This document shows, piece after piece, positions 1 to 10,976 of a stretch of DNA of 55,611 nt. Both the position numbers and the translations under genes were made by a program. Positions within the stretch are counted from its first letter, which is position 1. Each line of letters opens with the position of its first letter. This stretch comes from Caecitellus pseudoparvulus (Eukaryota > Protista > Bigyra: Bicosoecida): the NCBI GenBank assembly GCA_965644315.1, contig CBFFRQ010000211.1, positions 1-55,611 on the forward strand, given 5' to 3'. Under the pieces are notes generated by a model, which saw only the letters and a program-made list of their open reading frames with translations, made no database searches and was not told the DNA's origin.

Positions 1-592
1 TAACCCTAACCCTAACCCTAACCCTAACCCTAACCCTAACCCTAACCCTAACCCTAACCCTAACCCTAACCCTAACCCTAACCCTAACCCTAACCCTAAC
101 CCTAACCCTAACCCTAACCCTAAACCTAACCCTAACCCTAACCCTAACCCTAACCCTAACCCTAACCCTAACCCTAACCCTAACCCTAACCCTAACCCTA
201 ACCCTAACCCTAACCCTAACCCTAACCCTAACCCTAACCCTAACCCTAACCCTAACCCTAACCCTAACCCTAACCCTAACCCTAACCCTAACCCTAACCC
301 TAACCCTAACCCTAACCCTAACCCTAACCCTAACCCTAACCCTAACCCTAACCCTAACCCTAACCCTAACCCTAACCCTAACCCTAACCCTAACCCTAAC
401 CCTAACCCTAACCCTAACCCTAACCCTAACCCTAACCCTAACCCTAACCCTAACCCTAACCCTAACCCTAACCCTAACCCTAACCCTAACCCTAACCCTA
501 ACCCTAACCCTAACCCTAACCCTAACCCTAACCCTAACCCTAACCCTAACCCTAACCCTAACCCTAACCCTAACCCTAACCCTAACCCTAAC
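1..592. repeat. Telomere, (TAACCC)n = (TTAGGG)n on the minus strand, about 98 repeats
   Basis: Perfect hexamer array from base 1 with one variant (TAAACC at 121-126); C-rich strand 5' as expected for a left chromosome end; ends ...CCCTAAC directly into TTTCCAAA. Confidence 0.99.
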
Positions 593-839
593 TTTCCAAA
601 TGTCAAGCTAATCACAAGTTGTGAAGTGCTAACATTGCCTAATCCAGGCGCTCGTGCACCCTAAGTGTGGTGCTGCGCAGCGCTTGTGCGTTGGCAGTGC
701 AGCGCGCGGGTGAGCAGCTGTGCGATTTCCGCACGCCACGCTCCCGCCGCAGTGCTAAGTGCGGCTCCGGCTGGACGCTGCACCACTGCTTGCCCGAAAC
801 CATTGCTTCATCATCGCGCGCACCAATCCAGGGCACCAG

Positions 840-2849
840 CATCCATGCCAGCCAAGTCCCTGCGTTTTCATGGACAAGTGCCTGGAGAAAAAAGGTCAGG
901 GTGGCACACAACAGGTGCTGACTGACATGTCACGCTGAGGGGCAGTGCCCACCTTTCCAGCTGGTGGTGGGAGACGGACTGGGACACGGCCAAGGATGGA
1001 TCGATGCCGTCCGCAAGGGTTTACCCTCAGAGTGAGCGAGGCCGAGTTTCCGGAGCTGTTCCTGGGGACAGGCGCGCTAATTCCATGCTTGGAACAACTG
1101 CACCAGGCAGACCATTCTCCTTGTCACGCTGCCGAGGACGGTGAAGGCCTCACACAGCCCCAGCGTTGCTGCTGTGCGGGAGAAGAATTCTCACCATCAT
1201 GCTGAATGGGGCCTGGTGGGAAGGCAGGCATTCAAATACGTGGCAGGTTCATTGCCGCCAGAGTGCGCGAGGGTCAGCGTGACTGCCCTCTCCTTTCCAG
1301 AAAGAAGGTTGCCTAAAGATCTCTGAGGGCAGCAACCAACATTGCCTGTGAGATGGGATGTGGCCCAAGATCTTGAAGCTTGTTCATGCCCATGTCGTCC
1401 ACTGATTTACTCCCACTGCCAAGTGGCCCAAAGCCTGCTGTGATGACTGCCTCTCTCAGAAGATATTCTCTGTCAGATATTGCTGCGACACTGCCAGCTT
1501 CTTGCTGGTGCGTCCAAGTACAAAGCAGACATGGTGGGCATGCAGCCAATGGCAGCTCTGTATTTACACACACAAGAGCATTTCCGCCTCACAGCCTTCC
1601 GAGTCGCACCACAGTCACCAAGCCAATGCCTTTCCTAGCAGACCCTTCCAACAGAGCCTGGGCACCCACTGCAGGGAGGACTGCCAGCCCAGGCAGACCT
1701 CCTCGTCCAGCAGCTGCAGGCCACAGCAGCGGGGCAGCCACCCTGCAGTCTGCACCAAACCATACGGGCGCTGCTGTACTGCTTAACAGGTGCCGCTGCA
1801 CGGCTTGACAGGCAACCTTGATTCTGTCCTCCCTCTCAGCAACCCCTTGCCTCATGCACGTTGCCCTGGGAATAGTTTAACTAATTGATTAATGGGTTCC
1901 AACTGCTTTTGGTTAATGTAATATAGGAGAAATAAAATTTTCCAATGGATGAGGACCTTGAACTTTCTTTCACGCAGCTAACTTCATCTAAGCTATGTAG
2001 GATGATCCTTCTGCCAAGAGAGCAGTGCACAGTCACCCTCCCTAAGGCACACACTAGACTTGGAGGGTCTCATGTTAGCCCTGTGAAGTTAGAACCTTTC
2101 CAGTGCTGACTACCTGAGGCAGCATGTTTGACTTCTTCAATTGCTCCTGGTACTGACATGCAGTTTGATGATGGGCACTTCACTAGCCTGTCCACTGCCC
2201 TGATTTTCATCCTTATTAATGCATCAATGAGGCCTACCGGGAACCGAAAGGCAACACACTGTGGCTCAGACACTCTGCCTGTTGATGTCAAGGCAGAGAA
2301 AGAGATGACTCCGAGGCAAAAGTCTTTGCCGGGGGTGTACTTTGGCTTGCTCTCATTTACACACTTGAGGTGTCTCCCATTCTTCAGCTCACGGTCGTCA
2401 ACGCTGAGAAGTCCACACTTGTACTGTGGAACCCTGACGAACCCTTCACGAGCACCACTGATTCAACTGAGCCGCTGCCTGAACACACTCGACCGATGGG
2501 GCATTGTCTGTGTGGCCTGCCCCATCCTCCCCCGCTGAGTGGCAAGCCGATTCCCTTCAAAGACAGAGTGCGGCTGGCCATGCTGTCCCTCAGGTCTGAC
2601 TTTCCCCACTCCTGCCTGTGGAAGGAGGGATTTGCAGGGGGACTGTCTACCCAAAGACTCTCATCACTGGCAAGAGCACACGGGTGTGTTCTCCTGGTGG
2701 TATCACCACGCGCCAACAAGCAGCTGCCGATGAGAGAGCCAAGACGGGTGCCGACCCCATACTGTCACCCATCCCAACATCTGTACAAGTCGCCGACCAG
2801 ATCAGTAGCGATGCACCCCATACCCCTGTCGGCCGCGGAAGACACATGA
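840..2849 (+). pseudogene. Disrupted ORF1 of unit 1 (start approximate)
   Basis: Frameshifted fragments align with intact ORF1 of unit 3: AATNIACEMG~EATEIACQSG (same 741-nt offset from unit start), LVLWNPD identical, PFKDRVRLAMLSLRSDFP~PFRDRLRGALQSLRDDFP, GTVYPKTLITGKSTRV~GTVHPQTLIAGKGTRV, TRQQAA identical. Confidence 0.88.
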
Positions 2850-5800
2850 CACGCTCTGCACTTGCTGTTGGGAATGCACGGCTCTTGCGCCGTGTGTCCA
2901 CGATGTCAGCTGCCCTGTGTCCAGTCTGTGTGCAGTGCGTTGTCCATGTTGGCACTCTGTGTCACAGAGCTCGGGGGGCACGGCCTGCTCGACACGGAAG
3001 TCATGGGCCTTGGAATGCTCTGCCCAAGCCTCACCTCAGATCGGCCCGTCGGGCGGAGTGAGGCCGCCTCGTTGCTTGATCGAGCATTCCAATGGCCTCA
3101 GTGATCCCACCGGACGTTGATATCATGCAGACGAAGCCATTTGATCCCGTGTCCAAGAACCCATCACACATGTGTGCACCAACTGGCACTTCTACAGCGA
3201 AAGGAAGGCACGTTGATCCGGATGATGAAGCTCTGCACTCACAAGAGGTTTATGGCAGCTTGAGTCTGTTGTTCAACAGCTCCGCTCACCCACATGATTG
3301 TCATCATGGGTGACTTGAACACTCATCCAGGTGACGAAGGGTGGCACGTGGGGAGCAGATCACTGGGAGAACTGGACCGGCATTCTCAGAGCCCACTGAA
3401 GACATCCTTGCAGATGCAGCTCCTCTGCGAGCAAGGGCTCAGAATGATCCCAGCCGGACTTGTGGCCTGCCAACGCACAGGGTAAGGGTCGGGCTCTGGA
3501 CCACATCCCGATGACTGAGATAACTCATGTATGTTGAGCAGACCACTGCACATCACAACAACGTTCTCCAGTGGACGAAAAAGAGTGCCGCCTGACCAGT
3601 CCCCAGTGACCATCATCTTGTTGCAGCAGAAGTCCGAGTGAAGCCTGCCAAGCGAGTGTGGACATCATCCAAGAGCCCCCATGCACAGGCGGTGCCACCC
3701 CGGTGGACCTCAGCGACGAGCGAACAAGGGGCGCAGCTGACAGCCCGAGGATCCCTCAGCTCGCGGGCCACCGCGCTCCAGACAGGCAGCGCTGCCCCGA
3801 GCCTATCCTTTCTCAACGGTGCCATCTGCCGCGGCTACGACGACATCTGCAGCCAAGACCCCACGTGACCTCTTGCCCCAGCTGAAGATGGACATCAAGG
3901 CGGCCAGCGGGCTCAAGAAGTCCATGATTGCACGGTGGCCCAAGCTGGTGGAAGACCATTGCCAAGCTGCACCGAAGCTTCACCGCCACCGGTCGGCATC
4001 CTCAGCCAGGACCACGCCCGTGCCATCCGAGAGGGAATCTCCATGGCCACCAGCGAGTGCCACACGCCACGCTTCAATGCCGCAAGGATGCAATGCGGAA
4101 GTGCACGAGGCTTGTGAAGAAGCGACATGCCATTTCCGTCCAGGATCCGAGCACGCTTGAGGGAACTCGCTGTCACGGACTCTTCACTGCCCACCAACAC
4201 ATCAAGCGCCTGTCAGGTCGAGGTCGTCGAGCCCGTCGAGCTCCCATCAGGGTCCGTGAAGTCCATGCAGGGAGTGCTCATCTCCTCCCCTGATCTGGTG
4301 AAGGAGGAGGTTGCCAAGCAGATGTCTGGCATCCTGAAATAACAAGCTTCAGGCCAACATCGCTGAAGCATGGGCTGGCAAGGTTCCTTCCTCAGCTTCC
4401 AAGAGTCCTTCACCCTGCCAGTGACATGGCTTCCCTCCAAGAAGCAAGTCAAAGTCCTCATGGGATCACTCAGCTTGCATCGACACCCAGGCTCTGGCAA
4501 GTTCCAATCAGAGCACATCAAGTATGCTGGGCCAGGCTTCCAAGACATCTACTCCAAGCCAAGTCATCCAAGTGCTGTAACACGGCACCTGCCCGCCAGA
4601 CTACCATGCAGGTACTGGGTCATCATCCCTAAGAAGACGAGGCAAGGCGGCCTCGCACATACCGCTTGACAGTGCCGCCCCCTCCTGCGTAGCTCTTCTC
4701 TCAGTGGCCGCTGCATGCCTGAGTCCTGGATGCAAACATGGGTGTCGAAGGAGCAGGCTGGCTTCACTCGACACCGCAACACGCATGAGCACATCTTGGC
4801 TCTCCAAGAGGTGATCAAGGGCCACCTGCGACAGTCAACAGCGCCAGTGCAAGTCCTGGTACTCGTGGACTCGGGAGCATTCGACTCTGTGAGCCACGCA
4901 GCCATCACAGAGATCCTTGAGGCTGCCTCCTCCCTGCGCCACTCCTGGCCGTCAATATGAGTACATGTCCAAGGCGACGGTCTCCATCAACACGCGCCAT
5001 GGTCTTTGTCGCCCCCTTCCTGTCAGCAATGGTGTCCCCCAAGGAGGAGCTCTGTCCCCCTCCTCTTCAAGGTTGCGGATAGATGTGCTGTCGCAAGCCC
5101 ACGATGCTCCTCCGCTACCCAGGAGTGGGCATCCCAACACCAGCAGGCCATGTCACCCACACCCTGTATGCAGACGACCCGGCCTGCATCGCAACGTCTG
5201 CCACGGCCTTGCACCGGAATCTTCGTAGAGGTGAAGGCCATCGCTGCCCGGGTTGGCCTTGCCATCAACCCGTCGAAGTCCGGGGTCATATCCTTGCCAA
5301 CTCCGTGCGAGGCAGCTGACACCAGTCAGTGAAAGGAAGAAGTTGGTGGGGAGGCTCGGCTGCCCTCAAAGCGGGCAGCATGCTGAAGGTTGGCACCAAG
5401 TCCATCCAACGGGTGGCCGAGTACACCTACTTGGGTGTGCTGATGTCCGAACATCCTGCCAAGACCCGTGCACTTACCCTGCAACAAGCTGGGCTTGCTT
5501 GCATCCAGCCGGGTTCACTGCGGGCGCGCTGCTCAGTGCCACCTGCTCACGTGGCAGCGGCACCTGCTGGGTATGCCACCGTCACGTCAGCCGCCGATCA
5601 CATGCTGTCCACCCAAGCCAACAGTTCCCTGCTTCCGCTGCGCGATGTTGACCGCGGCGTCGCCCTCGCCTTGGACAGGACTCAAGTCGGCCTGCAGAGT
5701 GCACTCATGCGCCCCCACAGCTACGCCAAGCTGGCTCTGTGCGGAGTCCTGCCTGCCCACATCCGCTCCACGCAACTGCGGACTGGATGTTTGTCAAGGC

Positions 5801-6975
5801 TCTCCGGGATGCCGTACTCGGACACCCCTGCCTGAGTTCTGTCCTTGACCATCCTGCAGGCCTTGACCTTGGCGCTCGCTTCGATGTCGACGACCTTCAT
5901 CGTCGACACCATTGCTGATGGAGGTCGACTCCGGGCTGCCAGTGTCCTGCTCCGTGGGCACTGCATGCCCTCTTGACCTCTGGCTCATGGGCTGCATGCC
6001 AGACCTTGCACAGCTTCGGCTTGCATGTGCACCTGGCTCTGAGCATACACAGCCTTGCCCAAGTCCTTGCCGGACTTAAGACCACCCCGGGCCTCCACAG
6101 GTCTGCGGTGCTGGGGTGGCTGCCAGCGAGACGCTGTCCATGGCCGAACCCCTGGCCTCGCCGGCAGACACCCCCCGGGCCCTGCGTCGCCAAGTCCTCG
6201 CGTCGTATCTTCATGTAGCCCAGGCAGCGAGTGCAGCTGCCCACTACACCACCGACAGCCGAATCCCCCAAGTGCAGAAGCCCAGGTCAAAATGTTCCTG
6301 GGCCTGGTGCAGCACTTCGTGTGGCTACATCCACTGCCACACGGGGTGAACCCCCTCTCTGGGTCTGTCCTGATGACAGGCCCACAGAGTGATGGTCCAT
6401 CACTTCCAGACCTTACAGCTTCTTCATGGGGGGACAGTGCCACTCTGTACGAGTGCTGTCCGATTTGCGGACTCAACACCGATGCACAGCCGCACGTGCA
6501 CATCCTGCTGCACTGCACCCACCACGAACCTCACCATGGCACGCCAACACACGATGACCAAGAGTTCAGAGAACTGGCCAACAGGTCAGCTGTGCCCGAG
6601 TCCGCGGCGGGCCAAGTGGGGCAGTGCCCGCCCATCCCCCCAAGATCTGCTTACTGCGCTCCTCCTTCGCTCCCCGGACCCAGAGCCGCGAAGCCTGCGG
6701 GACCTCGAGGTCCTCCACAGGCTCCTGCTCTGCGGGCAGGGCTCACCGGTGGGGCTGCCGACGAAGAGCAGCTTTGTTCTATGAAAGAGGCGGCTGTCCT
6801 CTCCCACCCCCACCTCGTCCACCGTGCTGGTCCTTGCCCGTGTCCGTGCCCCGCAGCTGTATGGCAAGACATCCTGCGCAGCGCGGTTGAGTTCACAGCA
6901 AAGGTGGCGGGTCACAGTCACTTACATGTTGCGTATGACCGATGCCCACCACCTTGCTGTCCAGAGGCATGCTGA
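2846..6975 (+). pseudogene. Disrupted ORF2 of unit 1: APE-type endonuclease + non-LTR reverse transcriptase + CCHC finger (end approximate)
   Basis: APE motifs LAVGNAR, LCVTE, IMGDLN (GDLN 3309-3320), SDH (3605-3613); RT motifs IIPKK, EQAGF (~4751), AFDSVSH, GVPQGGALSP, LYADD (5164-5178), INPSKS, YTYLGV; CPICG...HILLHC (~6454-6516); many stops and frameshifts. Confidence 0.93.
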
Positions 6976-7860
6976 GTACCTGTGGTGGGCAGTACATGGG
7001 CGCGGGGCGCCGCTGCCTGGCCGCACGCAGCCAGTGGCCGCGGCCACGCGGCACACGCGCAGGCCCTGCACTCGCCGCAGGGCACGCACCTTTTCCTGCC
7101 AAGGCTACGCGCCGTCCACGGAGGTAAAGGTCCAGAGGACGCTGCAGCACTTCATGGGGCCTCAGCCAGCCCATGCAGACACTGATGGTGAGGGGGAAGG
7201 GCCCGATGGCTCCTGTGAAGAGAGCGAGGAGTGGGGGCGGAACGCAGGCGCGGGCGGGGGAGGGAACAGCCACGCTTGTGGCCGCGTCTACCCTCCACGA
7301 GTGTCCTGACGTGATGAACCTGTGTGAAGGTGGTGATAACCACGGTAGCCCGAAGCAGATGCCCAAGCACCTTACCTTTTACTTACCACATAGCCTGCGA
7401 GTAGCAGGAGTGAGCGAGCAGGCCTTCGGCCGCGGCGTGCAGCCGCAGTGCTGCACGGCCGCGGCCCGGATGGCGGCTGACGACAGCGCAAGCTCACCAC
7501 CACGAAACCAGGGCGTGACGGGGTTGAAGAAGAAGGTCCTTTTCCTTTCTGTATCCCCCTTGATGCGCGCGATGCGCTCTGTGGCGTGGCGCGTGTGTGC
7601 GCACGGGTGCTGGTGTGCGCGATCGAATTCCGCACCACGCACCCGGCCGAGTTCCCGCGCAGAGGCGGAGCACACACCTCATGAAGGGCGCAGAGAGGCC
7701 CATGAGGGCCACAGAGGAGGTGGGTGAGGAATTTGGATTATGATCTGTTGTCAAGACTGCGCGGATGCCTGGGTGTGCTCTGGTGTGCCCCAGGTGTCTG
7801 GCGCTGGCGGAGCAAGGGATGCAGAAGTGGCGGAGGAGGGCCAAGATGATGAATTGGAGC

Positions 7861-7940
7861 GGGCAGGACCTGCCCTAGCAAGCGGCGGCAGATATTACGG
7901 GCGCAAGCCTGTGCTCGTTGCGAATCCGCGCCAAGCGGTG
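7861..7940 (+). other. Predicted conserved 3'-UTR RNA stem-loop of unit 1
   Basis: Nested stems GCG/CGC, GCGGC/GTTGC, ACGGGC-GCAA-GCCTGT; compensatory changes relative to units 2/3. Confidence 0.6.
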
Positions 7941-8049
7941 CAGCCGCTGTGGCGTCCTACATGTGCAGAGAGTGCATTGTGGGGCGCCCGTGTGACGCTC
8001 AAGCTGTACGGTGCCAAGCTGTGCACGAGGTGTAATGCATTGTGAGTTG

Positions 8050-10976
8050 CTAACTTTCCAAATGTCAAGCTAATCACAAGTTGTGAAGTGCTAACATTGC
8101 CTAATCCAGGCGCTCGTGCACCCAAGTGTGGTGTTGCACAGTGCTTGCTGGTTGGGTGGTGCGCACCGGGGCGGGGTAGTGCGAATTCCGCACACCATCG
8201 CACCGTGGCTCCCAGTTTGCGCCCTCGGTCGGGGCATGCACCTGGGATCGACATCAAAAGCATCATTGACAAGCATCATGAACGCCCAAGTGGATCAAGT
8301 CCTGGGGGTCCTCTTCGTGGAGGGGTGCCTGAAGCGCAAGCAAGTGCTCGGCCCCAGAACAGGTGTCTTCACTGACATGCCACGTCGGGGTGCCGCACGC
8401 ACCTTCGAGCTTGGAGGACCCCTGCCCAAGACTGATCATGATAGTTCATCTTCGGCACGGGACATGTGGCTCGAGGTCTATGGGGAAGCCGCCGAACGGC
8501 TGATCCCAGGGCTGAGTGCGGAATTCGGCAACGCCAATGCGGCCCTGCGCCAGGGACCCACCGGATCGCCAACCATCCTCGTCACGCTCGGAAGTGAGGG
8601 TGATTCACCAACAGTGGCACGTCAACTTCGCATTCTTGCTGCTCAAGAGGACGACTTCGCCATTCGAGTCGGCCAAGGTGGGTTCGTCGCCGTGGCCTAC
8701 ACCAACACCAAGCAGTTCGCATCGGCGAAGGCGAAAGTGAAGGTGAAGGCCCACCCCACCGCCATCCAAGTGGCCCACCAAGTGACCAAGGAAGCAACCG
8801 AAATCGCCTGCCAGTCAGGTGATGTTGCCAAGGTCATGTGCCTCGTTAGGTCCCACTTCGACCATGGCCCCGTGCCAGCCCAAGCCGTCCGTCCCAGTGT
8901 CAGACAATCCGTCCCCTCCGAGGGTGATGCACCTGTCGACACCAAGACACCATCGACCTGGACTGACACTCAGCTCGACAAGGCACCGAAGAAGAAGAAG
9001 ACCCGTCGAGGCAAGCGAGGAAAGGGCAAGTCAGCCGGACGATCCCTCACCTTCGAGGACGTCTTCATCAAGAACGTCCGGCCACCTGCACCTCGACCAA
9101 CCTCACCACCTGCCACCCAAGGCTCACCCAAAGATACCGTCACCACCCCTGTGGTGCATGCCATGTTGCCTTCATCAAGGGTGCAGCGGGGCGTCGACCG
9201 CAAGTGGCCGTCCCCCACCCCGTCGGGCGAGGCAAGCCCCGAGGTGCACCGGTATCGGCCGTCTGCAGCAGCAGCATGGGAGGTGATCACAAGGGTGGTG
9301 CCTCTTCATGACAGTGTGCGGACACCCGAGCACCTGGCCGAGTACCCCATCAAGCCTGGCCCTCTGGCCGACCTGCTGTCATCGACCCACGTGTACTCTA
9401 ACGTGGGGGGCGGGCCTGTGTCCAGGCCTGTCTCGAGACGGCAGCAGGGGAGAGGGTCTTCGAGGCTGGGGACCTCCTCCTACTCCAGCATGCAGCCACC
9501 ATCAACGCTGCCCAGCTTGCCTTCAAGCACATGGTCAGGCAGCTGGAGGGGGTGGTCAGTGACTCGTCCAGCTCGGACATCATGGACGTCGGCCAGAAGC
9601 CACCCTCCCCCTTCCGCTCAGACGGGCAACGGGTGGCCGTCTTCCGCAACATGCTGCACCAGCACTCGCCGGATGACACCTTCCTGGCCCCAGGTACACC
9701 ACCAGTCCTGCTTCCCGGCCTGCACCTGCTCATCGACCGCATCAACCAAGGGTACCGTGCCCCAGCCGGGCATGATGACCTTGGCCAGGCCGGCGTCGAC
9801 CCCAGCCAGGTTGATGAAGAGGGTGACCAAGAGGGGCACCTCGACGGAGTGCTGTATGCCTTCGCACTTCGAGAGGTGTGGACCGACAACACGGCCCATC
9901 TGCAGCTCATCCTCGTCGACCATGATCGAGGCAAGCTGGTGCTGTGGAACCCCGACATCCCTGACCTCCATGACGAGCTGCCCCTGCACAAGTGCATGAC
10001 CCGGCTGGCAGCCGAAGGCATCAACGTCTTGTACCGGATCTGGACCACACCCGAGGCGGGCAGTCCAGCACCCTTCCGGGACAGGCTTCGAGGGGCACTC
10101 CAGTCTCTCCGAGATGACTTCCCCCCCCTGCCTCACAAGGCCACCGACGGCACCGTGCACCCCCAGACCCTCATCGCTGGCAAGGGCACAAGGGTGGCCA
10201 TGCCTCATGGGCGGATGACCCGACAGCAGGCCGCCACCCTGGAGGCTGAGGTCAAGGACCCCCTCAAGCGGCTGGTGCCTGAAGACGGCGAGGGTCGCCT
10301 GCCCAAGGTCAAGGATGTGCCCCACATCTCGATCGGGCAGATGGGTGGACGCCTGATGTAAGTCACCTGTGGGGGCATACTCCCTGTGCCACACATGACT
10401 GAAGCTTTGTGTCGCGACCGACGCACATAGCTGACATCGGACATTGGAAAGTCCAACCCAACCTCACCATCACCAACCCAACATCGATACCAACACATCA
10501 GGACTCGGCTCAGTGGAAGGGGAAGGCACTTGCAGCAAGATCTGTGAGGCCGCCCCCAAACCTGAGCCGAAGGGACAGCCGGGCTGGGTCGTGTGCTTGC
10601 ATCTCAGCAACACCCAGTCCGTGTCGAGTCCATATCCTCCAGCCCACACCGCCACCCAAGCCAAGCAAGTCGGGTCTCCACCCCTGGACATCGGACCGAG
10701 ACGGACGAGACTGGACTGGACGGACAAGACAAGAGTGGACCGAGACCTGGACCTACACCTCAAGACCATCCCACCGGGGCGGGCGCTGAAGCGCCAAGAC
10801 AGACGGCGACTTATACAACGGACACGAGTCTGTGCTAGTCGCAAAGCCGTGCAAGCGGTGCCGTCGTGGTGTCTGTGTCACTGCATTCTGTTGTGGCGCA
10901 GGTGGCACCACATGTCCAAGCCCAAGCTGTACCATGATGTAGCCTGCATGGAGGCAATCTGCAATGCATTGAGTAG
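8050..10976 (+). mobile_element. ORF1-only non-autonomous telomeric retroelement (unit 2, 2927 bp)
   Basis: Direct tandem repeat of 10977-13904; shares 5' leader, ORF1 homology and 3' end with unit 1; no RT or APE motifs seen. Confidence 0.92.
8278..10361 (+). pseudogene. ORF1 of unit 2 with a single -1 frameshift
   Basis: G6 at 9405-9410 versus G7 at 12332-12338 in unit 3 splits the ORF (track ORFs 8116..9999 and 9531..10361); could be a homopolymer sequencing error. Confidence 0.75.

Larger units (their letters stand above)
588..8049 (+). mobile_element. Telomere-associated non-LTR retrotransposon, full-length but decayed (unit 1, 7462 bp)
   Basis: First 74 nt identical to units 2/3; remnants of ORF1, APE endonuclease, RT and C-terminal CCHC in order; 3' end similar to units 2/3; bounded by CTAAC on both sides. 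Confidence 0.93.

Noticed and set aside
121-126. Variant telomere repeat TAAACC
   Set aside because: Single substitution; sequencing error or telomerase misincorporation, no pattern.
588-800. Self-cleaving ribozyme (HDV-like or hammerhead) at element 5' ends
   Set aside because: Could not fit the conserved cores by eye; an Infernal/RNAmotif search would be needed.
588-8049. Athena/Coprina-type Penelope-like element or telomerase gene
   Set aside because: RT motifs and upstream APE motifs are those of non-LTR LINEs; no pseudo-LTRs or hammerhead cores seen.
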